This document shows, piece after piece, positions 8,280 through 18,106 of a stretch of DNA of 32,000 nt (its first letter is position 1; each line of letters starts with the position of its first letter). Made by a program: the position numbers and the translations under genes. This DNA comes from Pseudomonas phage Epa38: sequence record MT118302.1; one strand, 5' to 3'. Under the pieces are notes generated by a model, which made no database searches, was not told where the DNA came from, and saw nothing but the letters and a program-made list of their open reading frames with translations.

Positions 8280-10270
8280 GATGGTGGGTTCCCGTCCCAG
8301 CCCATGGAATGACCCCAGCTCTGCCCAATCTCCACGTCCACCTTTGACGGGAGTTCGAGCGGCGTGCACGTCCTCATGATGTGGGCGGCTTCCGCGGCCT
8401 CCTTCATGTCGTGTACGCTGAAGGCGATCTCATCGTGGACCTGGATGATGATGTCCAGTCCGGCTTCCGCGCAGGCCACCATCGCCATCTTGGTCTGGTC
8501 CGCGGAGGAGCCCTGAATCAGCCGGTTCAGTCCCTTGTGGGTCCAGTCATAGTTCCCGTCCTTGTCCTTCGGGAAGCGGCAACGGCGACCGCTCAGGGTC
8601 GTGATGTAGCCCACGGCCTTCGCCCGGGCTTCGCAAGCCTTCGCCAGCTTCTTGATGAACGGCACCTTGTGGTCGAAGGTGTCCAGGAGGGCCTGACCCT
8701 CCGGCCCCGCGGCCTCGAACCTCCGCGCCCCTTCCGCGACCAGGCGCTGACCCTCCGGGCTGTTCACGTCGAACAGCTGGAAGCGGGGGCCGCGCACGGC
8801 CATCATAGTCGGGAGCCCGAGCTTGCGGCACATCTTCGCCCCGCCCATCCCGTAGGACAGGCCCAGGTAGATTTCCTTGGCGTCCTTGCGCTTGATCCCC
8901 GCCATGTCCGCCATCATCTGGTGGTTGTCGGTGTTCGGGTCGTTGCGGTACTTGTCCCGGGCTTCGATTGCGGACAGCCAGGCTTTATGCCCAATCAGGT
9001 CCTTCGCCAAGCAGGCGTAGTGGACCGCCATCCGCGGCTCCTGCTGCGAATAGTCGTTGGAGGCCCACAGCTCCCCCTCCTCCGGCAGGTAGATCGCCCG
9101 CCACATCATGGCGAACTCATCCCGAGCCGGTTGCTGCTGGAGGTTCGGGTGTTCGCTGGACAGTCGCCCGTAGGCAGCGCCCGCGGTCCCGTCGCTTTCG
9201 TCATCCTTCTGGCGGCGGAGCTGGTTGAACGTCCCGTGGAGGCGACCGTTCACCATGTGGTCCCGGACGGAGCTGGCGAAGGTCGTGCGCAGCTTGTTCA
9301 CCTTCCGGGCGCGTTCGAGGAGGTCCGCCACGGGGTGGTCGATTGAGCCCAGCAGCTCCTTGTCGATGTTGGGCTTGCCCTGGGAGGTCTTGTTCAGCTT
9401 GATGCCGATGTGTTCAAGGGCCGGGGCGATCACCTCTGGCTTCCAGACATCGCCCACGGCGATCCGGTGGCCGGTAATCGACCGGACTTGGGCCAGGGCC
9501 TCCGTCTCCTTCTCCAGCGCCCAACGCTCAATCATGTCCAGGCGGTCGCAGTCAATTCGGACGCCCCGGCGGCGAAGGCGGGTGAGGATCGGGAGCAGCT
9601 TGGACTCCAGGTTGTACACGCCCCAGAGGTCCTGCTCATCAATCTCCCGCTCCTGACGGCGGAGGATGTTCAGAGGCAGGCGCGTGTCCTCCTCCGCGTA
9701 CTTCCCGACAAACTTGGCCGGGAGCATCCACATGTCCTTCTTCGGGTCAATCCCATAATCGACCGCGGCGGCTCGCAGCAGGGCTTCGTCCTTGCCGTGG
9801 AAGCCCCACCGCTCCGCGATAGCTTGCATGCTATAGCTGTCGTGGAGTTCGCAGATCAGCGGGTCAGCGATCTGGATGTCACGGAAGTAGCGGACCCGCT
9901 CGAACTCGATGCCGTCCCCGGCGAGGAAGTCCAAGTCATACGGGAGGTTGGCCCCCACGAGGTCGCCGGTGAACACCTTTGCCTGGGCGCGGAGGTAGGC
10001 CAGCACGCCCTCCAGCGGGAGGTTGCCCCCGCCTTCGTGTCTGATGGGCAAGTACCCGCCCGGGCCGTCCTCGATTGCGAAGCTGATGCCGGTGATGTAG
10101 CTGTTCGGGCGACGGCCCGCCCCCGGCCCGAGTTTGCGCAGGTCCGGGTCCCGCGTCTCGCAGTCGATGGCGACCCGCTTGGCCCCCTCCCACGAGGGGA
10201 GGGTGCTGAGGTCCGGGGCCACCCAGTCGCTGGAGACGGTCGTGAACAGGGGTGGTTGGAGGTATGACAT
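8276..10270 (-). CDS. DNA polymerase, family A, with 3'-5' exonuclease domain
   Basis: VAIDCETRDPD (ExoI), SNDYSQQEPRMAVHYAC (motif A), QGSSADQTKMAMVAC, IIIQVHDEIAFSV (motif C). Confidence 0.95.
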   Translation of the reverse strand: MSYLQPPLFTTVSSDWVAPDLSTLPSWEGAKRVAIDCETRDPDLRKLGPGAGRRPNSYITGISFAIEDGPGGYLPIRHEGGGNLPLEGVLAYLRAQAKVFTGDLVGANLPYDLDFLAGDGIEFERVRYFRDIQIADPLICELHDSYSMQAIAERWGFHGKDEALLRAAAVDYGIDPKKDMWMLPAKFVGKYAEEDTRLPLNILRRQEREIDEQDLWGVYNLESKLLPILTRLRRRGVRIDCDRLDMIERWALEKETEALAQVRSITGHRIAVGDVWKPEVIAPALEHIGIKLNKTSQGKPNIDKELLGSIDHPVADLLERARKVNKLRTTFASSVRDHMVNGRLHGTFNQLRRQKDDESDGTAGAAYGRLSSEHPNLQQQPARDEFAMMWRAIYLPEEGELWASNDYSQQEPRMAVHYACLAKDLIGHKAWLSAIEARDKYRNDPNTDNHQMMADMAGIKRKDAKEIYLGLSYGMGGAKMCRKLGLPTMMAVRGPRFQLFDVNSPEGQRLVAEGARRFEAAGPEGQALLDTFDHKVPFIKKLAKACEARAKAVGYITTLSGRRCRFPKDKDGNYDWTHKGLNRLIQGSSADQTKMAMVACAEAGLDIIIQVHDEIAFSVHDMKEAAEAAHIMRTCTPLELPSKVDVEIGQSWGHSMGWDGNPPS

Positions 10271-10656
10271 CAGGCTCCGACCTCCGCAATCATCTTGCGC
10301 AGGAGGTTCAGGGCCGCGGTCAGCTCCGGGTCGGACTCCCAGAAGGTGAGGATGCGGACCACTTCGGCTTCGTCCTCCGTCAGCCCGTTCGCGGCGGCGA
10401 AGGCGTCCGGGGTAATGACCACGGCGGCGGAGCGGGGCAGCAGGACCCCGTTGCGGTACAGGTCCTGGACCTTCTCCACGTAGTGGATCGCCTTCTCAAG
10501 GTCCTGGCGCGGGTCCTCGTGCTTCTTGCGGTTGCGGGTCGCGTACTTGGTCGCGCAGCCTTCGGTGTAGCGGAGGCCGTTCAGCTCCACGTAGTCCCAG
10601 TGTTGGACGGGCGAGCGGTAGTGCTCACCGCCCACTTGCTTTTCGTTCACGCTCAT
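10270..10656 (-). CDS. DUF3310 (SaV-like) family phage protein
   Basis: VGGEHYRSPVQHWDYVELNGLRYTEGCATKYATRNRKKHEDPRQDLEKAIHYVEKV. Confidence 0.8.
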   Translation of the reverse strand: MSVNEKQVGGEHYRSPVQHWDYVELNGLRYTEGCATKYATRNRKKHEDPRQDLEKAIHYVEKVQDLYRNGVLLPRSAAVVITPDAFAAANGLTEDEAEVVRILTFWESDPELTAALNLLRKMIAEVGA

Positions 10657-10852
10657 CTTGTAACTCCTTCATCAGTTCCCGGAGCCGGAGTGTCTGCTGG
10701 CGGTACAAGTACCCAAAACACCCGTGCTCCCCGTTCATCATATCCGTGTGGACCTTGCGGAGGTGCGCAGCGAGTTCTTCCACCGTGTCGAAGGCGTAGA
10801 ACTTCAGCTGCGGGTCCTCCGCCCAATCACGTCGCAGCTTCTCCAAGTCCAT
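10625..10852 (-). CDS. Small hypothetical protein
   Basis: Internal ATG (MDLEKLRRDWAEDPQLKFYAFDTVEELAAHLR) preceded by GAGGAGG. Confidence 0.6.
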   Translation of the reverse strand: MDLEKLRRDWAEDPQLKFYAFDTVEELAAHLRKVHTDMMNGEHGCFGYLYRQQTLRLRELMKELQDERERKASGR

Positions 10853-11450
10853 CGCGCACCACCTCCTCGAAGAAGTCCGAGAGACGGCGATGCGGCTGGT
10901 GCTTCGCTGCCACGTAGAAGGCACGGACGGGTTCGGGCAGGCTACCCTCCAGGCCCCGCTTCTCCGTCACCGCCTCGCATGCCCTCCGCATGGCCGTGAC
11001 CGCTTCGTTGCCCAGGGCTTCTTCCTCCCGGCACCACAGCCACAGTTCGAGGGTGTCCACGGCCTTCAACCAGTCCTCCTCGTCAGGGAGAAGGCCCGGG
11101 AGCAGGCCCAGGGTCGCCAGCACGCGGCGTTCCGCCTCCTCATACACCTTCCCGAGTTCGGAGTTGGTCCACTTCGCCGGGGCCGGAATGTCGCCCAACC
11201 AACGCTCCGCGCAGTCGTGCCACTGGACCGCCTTGATCAGGTTCAGCGACGGGTGCGGGTGGAGCAGCAGGAGGAGGCTCACGGCCCCGTAGCTGTGCTG
11301 GGCGATGTTGTACTGACCGTGGTGCGGGACGATGTGACACCGGCGAACCGTCCCGGCCTCCCGGGTCGCGGCGATCCGGGTCAGGAGCGGGCGGGCGGCG
11401 CGGCGGTTCAGCTCCTCCGCCTCGCGCTCCTCGTCATGAATCTTGCTCAT
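10827..11450 (-). CDS. HD-domain phosphohydrolase, 5'-deoxynucleotidase (YfbR)-like
   Basis: NIAQHSYGAVSLLLLLHP...IKAVQWHDCAERWLGDIPAPAKW: H...HD pattern. Confidence 0.75.
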   Translation of the reverse strand: MSKIHDEEREAEELNRRAARPLLTRIAATREAGTVRRCHIVPHHGQYNIAQHSYGAVSLLLLLHPHPSLNLIKAVQWHDCAERWLGDIPAPAKWTNSELGKVYEEAERRVLATLGLLPGLLPDEEDWLKAVDTLELWLWCREEEALGNEAVTAMRRACEAVTEKRGLEGSLPEPVRAFYVAAKHQPHRRLSDFFEEVVRDGLGEAAT

Positions 11451-11474
11451 CAGGCTTCCCATTGTTGCGTCTCC

Positions 11475-12530
11475 TCACTCATACGCCACGCCATCGTCCA
11501 TCGCCCGGGCCTTGCGAGCCTCGAAGGCGGCGCGGCGGCGTTCGATCCACTCCACCCCGGCCAGTTTCCAGTCGGTGGCGGCGACGTTGTCCAGCTCCGC
11601 CAAGGCGGCGTCAAAGCGGGAGGGGTTGGAGGTCTGCTTGAAAGCCTTGTGGGCCTTCAGCATCGGGATCGCCACGCGACGGAAGAACGGGTCACGGAAG
11701 CCCACGGCGTCCGGTTCGCTCAGGAACATCATCAGCTCCTGGTTCCACTCCTCCGGGTCCGTGGACATCAGCGGGTAGGGCTCCGCGATCCCGGCGGCGT
11801 AGGGGTCGGGCGTCTCCTTCCCGGTCATCGGGTTGGCGGCGAGGTCCGCGAGCGGGGCGACCTTGTCCAGCACCTCCTCATAGGCGTGGAAGTTGGCGCT
11901 GACTTGGCGGTAGATGCCTTGTTCCACCCCGACACTCCGGGCGACGTACTCATGGAGGTAGCTGAAATGGACCGCGTTGGCCCCGTAGGCTCCCCAGATC
12001 AGGTCGTTGGAGCGGTTGGTCACGGTCATGTCCAGGCGACCGTCGCAGGCGATCTGGAAGATGGCCTGAAGGTTGCACGGGAGGTCCTTGCCTTGGCGGC
12101 CCAGGTCCGCGTCCGCGTCCCACATCGACAGGACCTGGCGGCGGTCATCGCGGTTCGCCTTCAGGGCGGCGATGATCTTGGGCAGCTGGTCCTCGAAGAA
12201 GTGCTGGCGCCAGCGGAAGCCGTAGGCCCCGTGGAAGGTCAGGCCGTCATCCGAGTAGCTGCGCATGCGATCCACGAAGCGGGCGACGTACTCCACGTCA
12301 TTGCGTCCGCCCAACATCCAGAGGCTTTCCATCAGGTGGAAGAAGGGGTTGGCGTCCCGTTCCGCCCAGAACAGCACGCGCTCCGCCGGGCGGAGGTACA
12401 CGGTGGTGACGGGCTCCGGGAACATGAACACGGGTCCGTTGCGGGAGTCGCGGCGGACGCCCTCGAAGGACAGTTGATACAGGGCCTCCGGGAGGGCCTG
12501 TTGTACGTTGCGGGTCTTGATGACTTTCAT
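11475..12530 (-). CDS. Thymidylate synthase superfamily protein; candidate dUMP hydroxymethylase
   Basis: LPCNLQAIFQIACDGRLDMTVTNRSNDLIWGAYGANAVHFSYLHEYVA resembles the ThyA catalytic Cys/RS.D/N region; context with hypermodification genes. Confidence 0.8.
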   Translation of the reverse strand: MKVIKTRNVQQALPEALYQLSFEGVRRDSRNGPVFMFPEPVTTVYLRPAERVLFWAERDANPFFHLMESLWMLGGRNDVEYVARFVDRMRSYSDDGLTFHGAYGFRWRQHFFEDQLPKIIAALKANRDDRRQVLSMWDADADLGRQGKDLPCNLQAIFQIACDGRLDMTVTNRSNDLIWGAYGANAVHFSYLHEYVARSVGVEQGIYRQVSANFHAYEEVLDKVAPLADLAANPMTGKETPDPYAAGIAEPYPLMSTDPEEWNQELMMFLSEPDAVGFRDPFFRRVAIPMLKAHKAFKQTSNPSRFDAALAELDNVAATDWKLAGVEWIERRRAAFEARKARAMDDGVAYE

Positions 12531-12652
12531 TTCTTGTTGAACTCCACGAAAATGACGTTGCCGGTCCGGCGAAGGACGCGGGGGCGAGGGAGCCAGACCA
12601 ACCACCAGCTCCAGTACCACCAGAACGGCGAGAAGATCATGGCCCCCTCCTG

Positions 12653-13213
12653 TTAGGCCGAAGCGGTCTGAGGCGGAAGGCCCAGGCGGGCGTTCAGGTC
12701 CTTGATCGGCAGCGCGATAGCCCGGGACGGCGATTCAACCGCGAAGGGGCGGGCGAACTGCTCCACCTCCGGCCAGACCTGAATCAGCTTGTTGACCGTG
12801 GTCACGCTTTCGAGGACGGCCCAGGCTCCGGTCTTGGCCTCCTCCCGCTCGCGCTTGAACTGGGCGCGGTCCTTCAGGTAGGTGCGCAGCTTCTCGCCCA
12901 GCGGGTGGTCCGCGTTATAGACCTTGCCGGGGTTCGAGGCCCAGCAATCGGCCACGCGCTTCTTCTCCGGGAGGTCCAGCGAGTGATAGGACTCCCCAAC
13001 CACCTGGACGCGGATGTTGCTGCGGACTTCGAGGAAGCCGTTGGGCAGGGCGTACATGTGGGCGCGGACCGCTTCCGGGTACAGGTCGTTGTAGAACTCC
13101 AGCGCCAGCTCCTTCTCGCGGGCGTCCAGGGCCTTCTCGCGGTCGGAGAAGGAGTGGGCGAGGATCGCGTCACGGACCTGCTCGCGGATGTAATTGGACA
13201 GACGTACAGCCAT
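12653..13213 (-). CDS. Nmad5-like putative nucleotide-modification-associated protein (tentative)
   Basis: MAVRLSNYIREQVRDAILAHSFSDREKALDAREKELALEFYNDLY..LPNGFLEVRSNIRVQVVGE recalls the Nmad5 N-terminal pattern; lies in the modification cluster. Confidence 0.5.
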   Translation of the reverse strand: MAVRLSNYIREQVRDAILAHSFSDREKALDAREKELALEFYNDLYPEAVRAHMYALPNGFLEVRSNIRVQVVGESYHSLDLPEKKRVADCWASNPGKVYNADHPLGEKLRTYLKDRAQFKREREEAKTGAWAVLESVTTVNKLIQVWPEVEQFARPFAVESPSRAIALPIKDLNARLGLPPQTASA

Positions 13214-13268
13214 GATGGTTTCTCCATTTCGTTGGTGCCGCGGGAATGGTCCGGCGGCGGGGTTTCGA

Positions 13269-14240
13269 TCAGGCGAGGGTGGTTGCCTTGCGCCAGTCAT
13301 ACTTCGAGCGCATCTTGCCTTCGTTCAGGCGCACGCGCTCATACTTGTCGAACTCGCACAGCGTGTGTTCGATGTCCCGGGCCTCGAACCGCGGCCCCAC
13401 GTGCGGGCTCCCGAGCTGCGGCGGTCCGAAGGTTTCGTTGAAGCCCCGGGCGTCCAGGGCGTTCAGCTCCTGCATCAGCTCGATCATTTCCGCGTTCGTC
13501 TGCTCCGGGCGGGGCTTCGCGGCGAGGTCGCGCCCATACAGGCGGTTGAGCCCGCGGATCGCCCCGGGACCGGCGTTGGCCCAAGTCCAGATGTCCGGGG
13601 CGTTGCGCAGGTAGCGGGTGTGGCGGAGGTCGGTCACCACCTCATAGGCCATGAACGGACCCCAACCGATGTAGCGGGGCTGCTGGAACTTCTCCCAGAC
13701 GGTTTCGAGCCGGTTGAAGGCCCGGAGGACGCCCGGAGTGGTTTCCAGCATCCGCTGCCATTCCTCGCGGTCCTCCCAGAGACGGCCCAGGACAATCTCC
13801 GCGATGTAGCGGTGCTTGGTCCAGCTGTACCACTCCTTGGAGGGGTCGGACTCCGCGCGGATCATGTAGGCTCCGGTGTACACCTTATCGCCGCGGACGG
13901 CGCGGTGCTCCAGAGCGGTCGTGAGCCAGGAAGGCTCGAAGTCAGGGTTGTCGGGCCACTGCTTGGTCTGGATCAGCTCCGCGAGGGTATCCGGCCAATT
14001 GATGTAGCGGGCGATGGCGAGCATGAACCAGAGGTGCGGGTGGTCCGCGTAGGGCTGACGAATGTGCTTGTCAACCCAGATCGTCACCGTGTCCAGCTCC
14101 CGGAAGATGTTACAGAACCGCCCCTCACGCAGAACCGGGTCCGTGGTCCAGGGTCCGGGCTTCCCGGCCTTGCGGTCCAGGTAGATGTCGTGGCGGGCCT
14201 TCATGAAGGCGGCGATGTCGTTGATGCGCGGGGTGGTCAT
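13269..14240 (-). CDS. Helical-domain protein of 5-hmdU DNA kinase type (HMUDK_hel-like)
   Basis: FMKARHDIYLDRKAGKPGPWTTDPVLREGRFCNIFRELDTVTIWVDKHI...WANAGPGAIRGLNRLYG; ATG with upstream GAGGA. Confidence 0.75.
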   Translation of the reverse strand: MTTPRINDIAAFMKARHDIYLDRKAGKPGPWTTDPVLREGRFCNIFRELDTVTIWVDKHIRQPYADHPHLWFMLAIARYINWPDTLAELIQTKQWPDNPDFEPSWLTTALEHRAVRGDKVYTGAYMIRAESDPSKEWYSWTKHRYIAEIVLGRLWEDREEWQRMLETTPGVLRAFNRLETVWEKFQQPRYIGWGPFMAYEVVTDLRHTRYLRNAPDIWTWANAGPGAIRGLNRLYGRDLAAKPRPEQTNAEMIELMQELNALDARGFNETFGPPQLGSPHVGPRFEARDIEHTLCEFDKYERVRLNEGKMRSKYDWRKATTLA

Positions 14241-14251
14241 AGTCGGGGTCC

Positions 14252-14815
14252 TCAGCCCAAGTTCTCGATGACGGCCTTGATGTCCTTCAGGGCCGTCTCC
14301 CAGTGGATGTCGCGGACCGTCTCGCCGTCCGCCAGGGCCTTCTCGCGGACCCGGGCGATGGTGCGGTGCTTGTCGGCCACCTGGTCCTCCTTGATGGGCT
14401 TCCCGCCGTTGCGCTCCTGGATACGCTTCAGGCAGACTTCGAGCGGCGTGTCCAGGAAGGCCCAGATCATTCCGCCGTTCGCCTTCGACCACTCCTGCCA
14501 CGGACCGTAGATGGTACTGACCACCACGCCCTCGAACAGGACCGCCTTCACGTCCGGGTCCCGCCCAACCAGCTCCGCGACGGCCTTGGCCGCGGCTTGG
14601 GTCTTGATCCGGTCCAGACCGGCGGTGGTCGCTCCGGCGGCGGCGGGGGTGTAGTCCCCGATGATGGCGATGCCGCCCGGGGCATACGTCACCGGGATCG
14701 GCTTGTGGTCCGGGACGATGACGTTGATGACGCGGCAAAGCGGATCGCGGGCCAGGCAGCGCAGCAGGGTGGTCTTGCCGGAGCCGTTACAGCCCCGCAC
14801 GTTGATGTACTTCAT
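14252..14815 (-). CDS. P-loop kinase, 5-hmdU DNA kinase-type (ATPase/kinase domain)
   Basis: MKYINVRGCNGSGKTTLLR (Walker A), AIIGDYTPAAAGATTAGLD, VLFEGVVVSTIYG, WAFLDTPLEVCLKRIQERN; GGAGAACC leader. Confidence 0.75.
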   Translation of the reverse strand: MKYINVRGCNGSGKTTLLRCLARDPLCRVINVIVPDHKPIPVTYAPGGIAIIGDYTPAAAGATTAGLDRIKTQAAAKAVAELVGRDPDVKAVLFEGVVVSTIYGPWQEWSKANGGMIWAFLDTPLEVCLKRIQERNGGKPIKEDQVADKHRTIARVREKALADGETVRDIHWETALKDIKAVIENLG

Positions 14816-14869
14816 CTTGGTTCTCCATTTCAGTTGAAAACGGCGGAGCCGGAGCCCCGCCTGGGTTGC

Positions 14870-16312
14870 TCAGTCAATCTGCGTGATCGGGATGATCTTG
14901 CGCTCGCCGCCGTCCTCCTCCGGCGGGGTCGGTTCCACGATCTTCTTGAAGTCGGGCGAGCGCAGAGCCTTCGCCGCCCCGAACAGTTCCGAACCGCAGC
15001 GGGGCTTGCCCTCGTTGTCGTCCGCGCAGTGGAGACAGCCGGTGGGGGCGCACTCCTTGACCTCCTGGAAGGGCTGGCCCAGATCGGTCCGGGTGAACAT
15101 CGGGACGCGCTGGCCGTGGCACTGGTCCGCGGTGATCATTTCACGGCCCATCGAAAGCCAGGCCGGTTCGCCGGTTCCGGGCTTCCCGCGGCGGTACTCA
15201 TAGCACGTCGCGTAGGTCATGCCCAGCTCCGTCGCCCACTTCCGGTACAGCTGGTGGGCTTCGACCCGGTACGGCTCCGCGATGGTCTTTTGGGCTCCGG
15301 CCTGGTTCTCCGTGAACAGGTCCATGAAGGCTTTGGTGCGCTCCGGGCCGAACCGCTTGTGGAGACGTTCGATCATCGCCGGAGCCCAGCTGTAGCCCGC
15401 TTCCACAAACTTCACGATCACGTGGTTGTTGCCGACCGCGGCCAGGCGCTCGAACAGGTGGCGGATGTCGTCATGGGTGACGATCCCCGGGACCACCGGA
15501 TTGACCTGAATGGACGTGTAGATGCCCTGACGGCGCAGCTCCGCGATTTCGTCAATGTGGTCCTGGAGGGAAATGGCCCCGGGGGACAACTTGTGCCAAT
15601 CGCGGTCGTTGCCGGTGTTCAGCGACTTCTGGGCGTAGCTGTAGGGGTTCCGCTTCAGGAGGTCGATGGCCCAGGACGGGTAGCTGAGACGGCTCAGGAA
15701 GAAGATGGGCAGGCCCAACTCCACGAAGGCTTCCGCCCCCTGCTGGGTGTTGTGGTACACGTCCTCAATCGGCAGGAAGGGGTCCGTGAAGCTGGAGAAG
15801 TAGCCCGCGGCGGAGGTCCGGGACTTCGAGAGCATGTTGCGGACCTGCTCGCCGTAGTTCACCGGGACGCTGATGAGTCCGGTGCCGCGGTAGCCCCGGA
15901 ACCCGCTGTTGACATAGCAGAAGGCGCAACCCACGGTGCAGTAGCCCCCATAAGGCTCCGTCAGGATCGCCTCGCTGAAGCAGGGGCGGGCGCGGGAACC
16001 TCGCTTGTCGTTGTGCTTGTCCTGGTACCAGCCCTGAAGGGGCTTGGCGTTCGGGATGCGGATGTGCGGGAGGTAGGTGACGTCATTGAAGCCAAGATAC
16101 ACCTTGACCTCCTTCTTGTCGTCATCCTTCGCGTTGCGGACCATCCCCACCTTCGCCATGCGGAACTTCGCGCGCATGCCGGTCAGCGGGTCGTCCTCCT
16201 CCTCGATTGGGCCCAGGAACTCCCGTTGGTTCGGGTCCGGGCGCATGAAATACTTGTAAGCCTCCTGAGCGGCTTCGCCGGTTTCTTCATTCAGCCATGC
16301 TGCGTGGTCCAT
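14870..16312 (-). CDS. Radical SAM enzyme; candidate thymidine-hypermodification isomerase
   Basis: TEPYGGYCTVGCAFCYVNSG: CxxxCxxC cluster motif; additional Cys-rich C-terminus CAPTGCLHCADDNEGKPRC. Confidence 0.85.
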   Translation of the reverse strand: MDHAAWLNEETGEAAQEAYKYFMRPDPNQREFLGPIEEEDDPLTGMRAKFRMAKVGMVRNAKDDDKKEVKVYLGFNDVTYLPHIRIPNAKPLQGWYQDKHNDKRGSRARPCFSEAILTEPYGGYCTVGCAFCYVNSGFRGYRGTGLISVPVNYGEQVRNMLSKSRTSAAGYFSSFTDPFLPIEDVYHNTQQGAEAFVELGLPIFFLSRLSYPSWAIDLLKRNPYSYAQKSLNTGNDRDWHKLSPGAISLQDHIDEIAELRRQGIYTSIQVNPVVPGIVTHDDIRHLFERLAAVGNNHVIVKFVEAGYSWAPAMIERLHKRFGPERTKAFMDLFTENQAGAQKTIAEPYRVEAHQLYRKWATELGMTYATCYEYRRGKPGTGEPAWLSMGREMITADQCHGQRVPMFTRTDLGQPFQEVKECAPTGCLHCADDNEGKPRCGSELFGAAKALRSPDFKKIVEPTPPEEDGGERKIIPITQID

Positions 16313-16339
16313 AGTTCAACTCCTCATCTATTGCGAAAA

Positions 16340-16368
16340 AGTCTAGTGCCTTACCCGGAAGAAGTAAA
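16340..16368 (-). promoter_or_regulatory. Promoter-like element C (-35 TTTACT, 17 bp, -10 TAGACT)
   Basis: Minus strand TTTACTtcttccgggtaaggcacTAGACTttttcg between the PLP-enzyme and radical SAM genes. Confidence 0.7.
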
Positions 16369-16383
16369 GCACTATGAATTGGG

Positions 16384-17220
16384 TCACTCCCCGATGTTCC
16401 AGAACACGATGGGGCGTGGATGGACGGAAGCCAGGTTGAGCGGGTCACTCAGCCACTTCCAAGCCTTCAGATCATAGAACGGGTTGCAGGGGAACGGGGC
16501 GGAGGCGTCCCGGGCCGCGTCCGCGTACCCGTAGCCCTCGTCAATGAACTTGATCCGGTCGCCCAAGGTCAGTCCCGCGGCCTTCTCGATGTACTCCCGG
16601 GTGGCGTCCTGGCTCCGCGAGTAACCCATGTGAAGGATGACGTTGTAGTTGCGGAGCAGGCCCGCCTCCTCGAAGCCCTTGAGCACCCCGGCGGCGACCG
16701 TCCCCGAGCTGATACTGATGACCAGGGTCCCGGAGTCCGGGAGGTGCGGGGCGGTGCGGACGGCCTCCGCGGCGTTCTCCGTGATCGACTCCGGGAGCTT
16801 CAGGGCGTTCGGCATCAGGTAGCTGTCGTGGTAGTTCTCCCGCAGGTGCTTCTTGGCCGTATGGTACAGGATCGCGGAGCGGCCCGCCGGGATGTCCACG
16901 AGGTCCGCCCCGAGCTGGCGAGCGTGCTGCTGTTGGACGCGCGGGGCGTCCGCGGCCCCGTCGCGCTTGAAGCGGGGCCAGTAGTCCACGGCCTGTTTCC
17001 CGAGCTGCTGGCAGACGTAGGCGACCGCCCAGCCCGCCTTCGAGTGGTATGTGTCCAGACAGCCGATGGTGGTCTCAGGCCGGTTCTTGATATGGGCTAC
17101 AACTCCGCGAATCTTGCTGAAGGACGGACCCGGGAGCGGGGCGCACAGGTCCTCCCGCTTCACGAGGATCGGGACCCCGTTGAGCTCATAGGTTTCGACC
17201 GGGGTGTTGTTGACGATCAT
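16384..17220 (-). CDS. Fold-type II PLP-dependent enzyme (ACC deaminase/D-cysteine desulfhydrase-like)
   Basis: GVPILVKREDLCAPLPGPSFSKIRGV (PLP-lysine region), YHSKAGWAVAYVCQQLG, LVISISSGTVAAGVLKGF. Confidence 0.8.
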   Translation of the reverse strand: MIVNNTPVETYELNGVPILVKREDLCAPLPGPSFSKIRGVVAHIKNRPETTIGCLDTYHSKAGWAVAYVCQQLGKQAVDYWPRFKRDGAADAPRVQQQHARQLGADLVDIPAGRSAILYHTAKKHLRENYHDSYLMPNALKLPESITENAAEAVRTAPHLPDSGTLVISISSGTVAAGVLKGFEEAGLLRNYNVILHMGYSRSQDATREYIEKAAGLTLGDRIKFIDEGYGYADAARDASAPFPCNPFYDLKAWKWLSDPLNLASVHPRPIVFWNIGE

Positions 17221-17221
17221 C

Positions 17222-18106
<885 letters not shown>

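Noticed and set aside
10890-12656. 588 aa plus-strand ORF opposite the HD and ThyA-like genes
   Set aside because: Antisense shadow; the catalytic motifs are all on the minus strand.
14303-16477. 724 aa plus-strand ORF opposite the kinase and radical SAM genes
   Set aside because: Antisense shadow of two well-supported minus-strand genes in GC-rich DNA. Its composition is low-complexity and I saw no domain motif.
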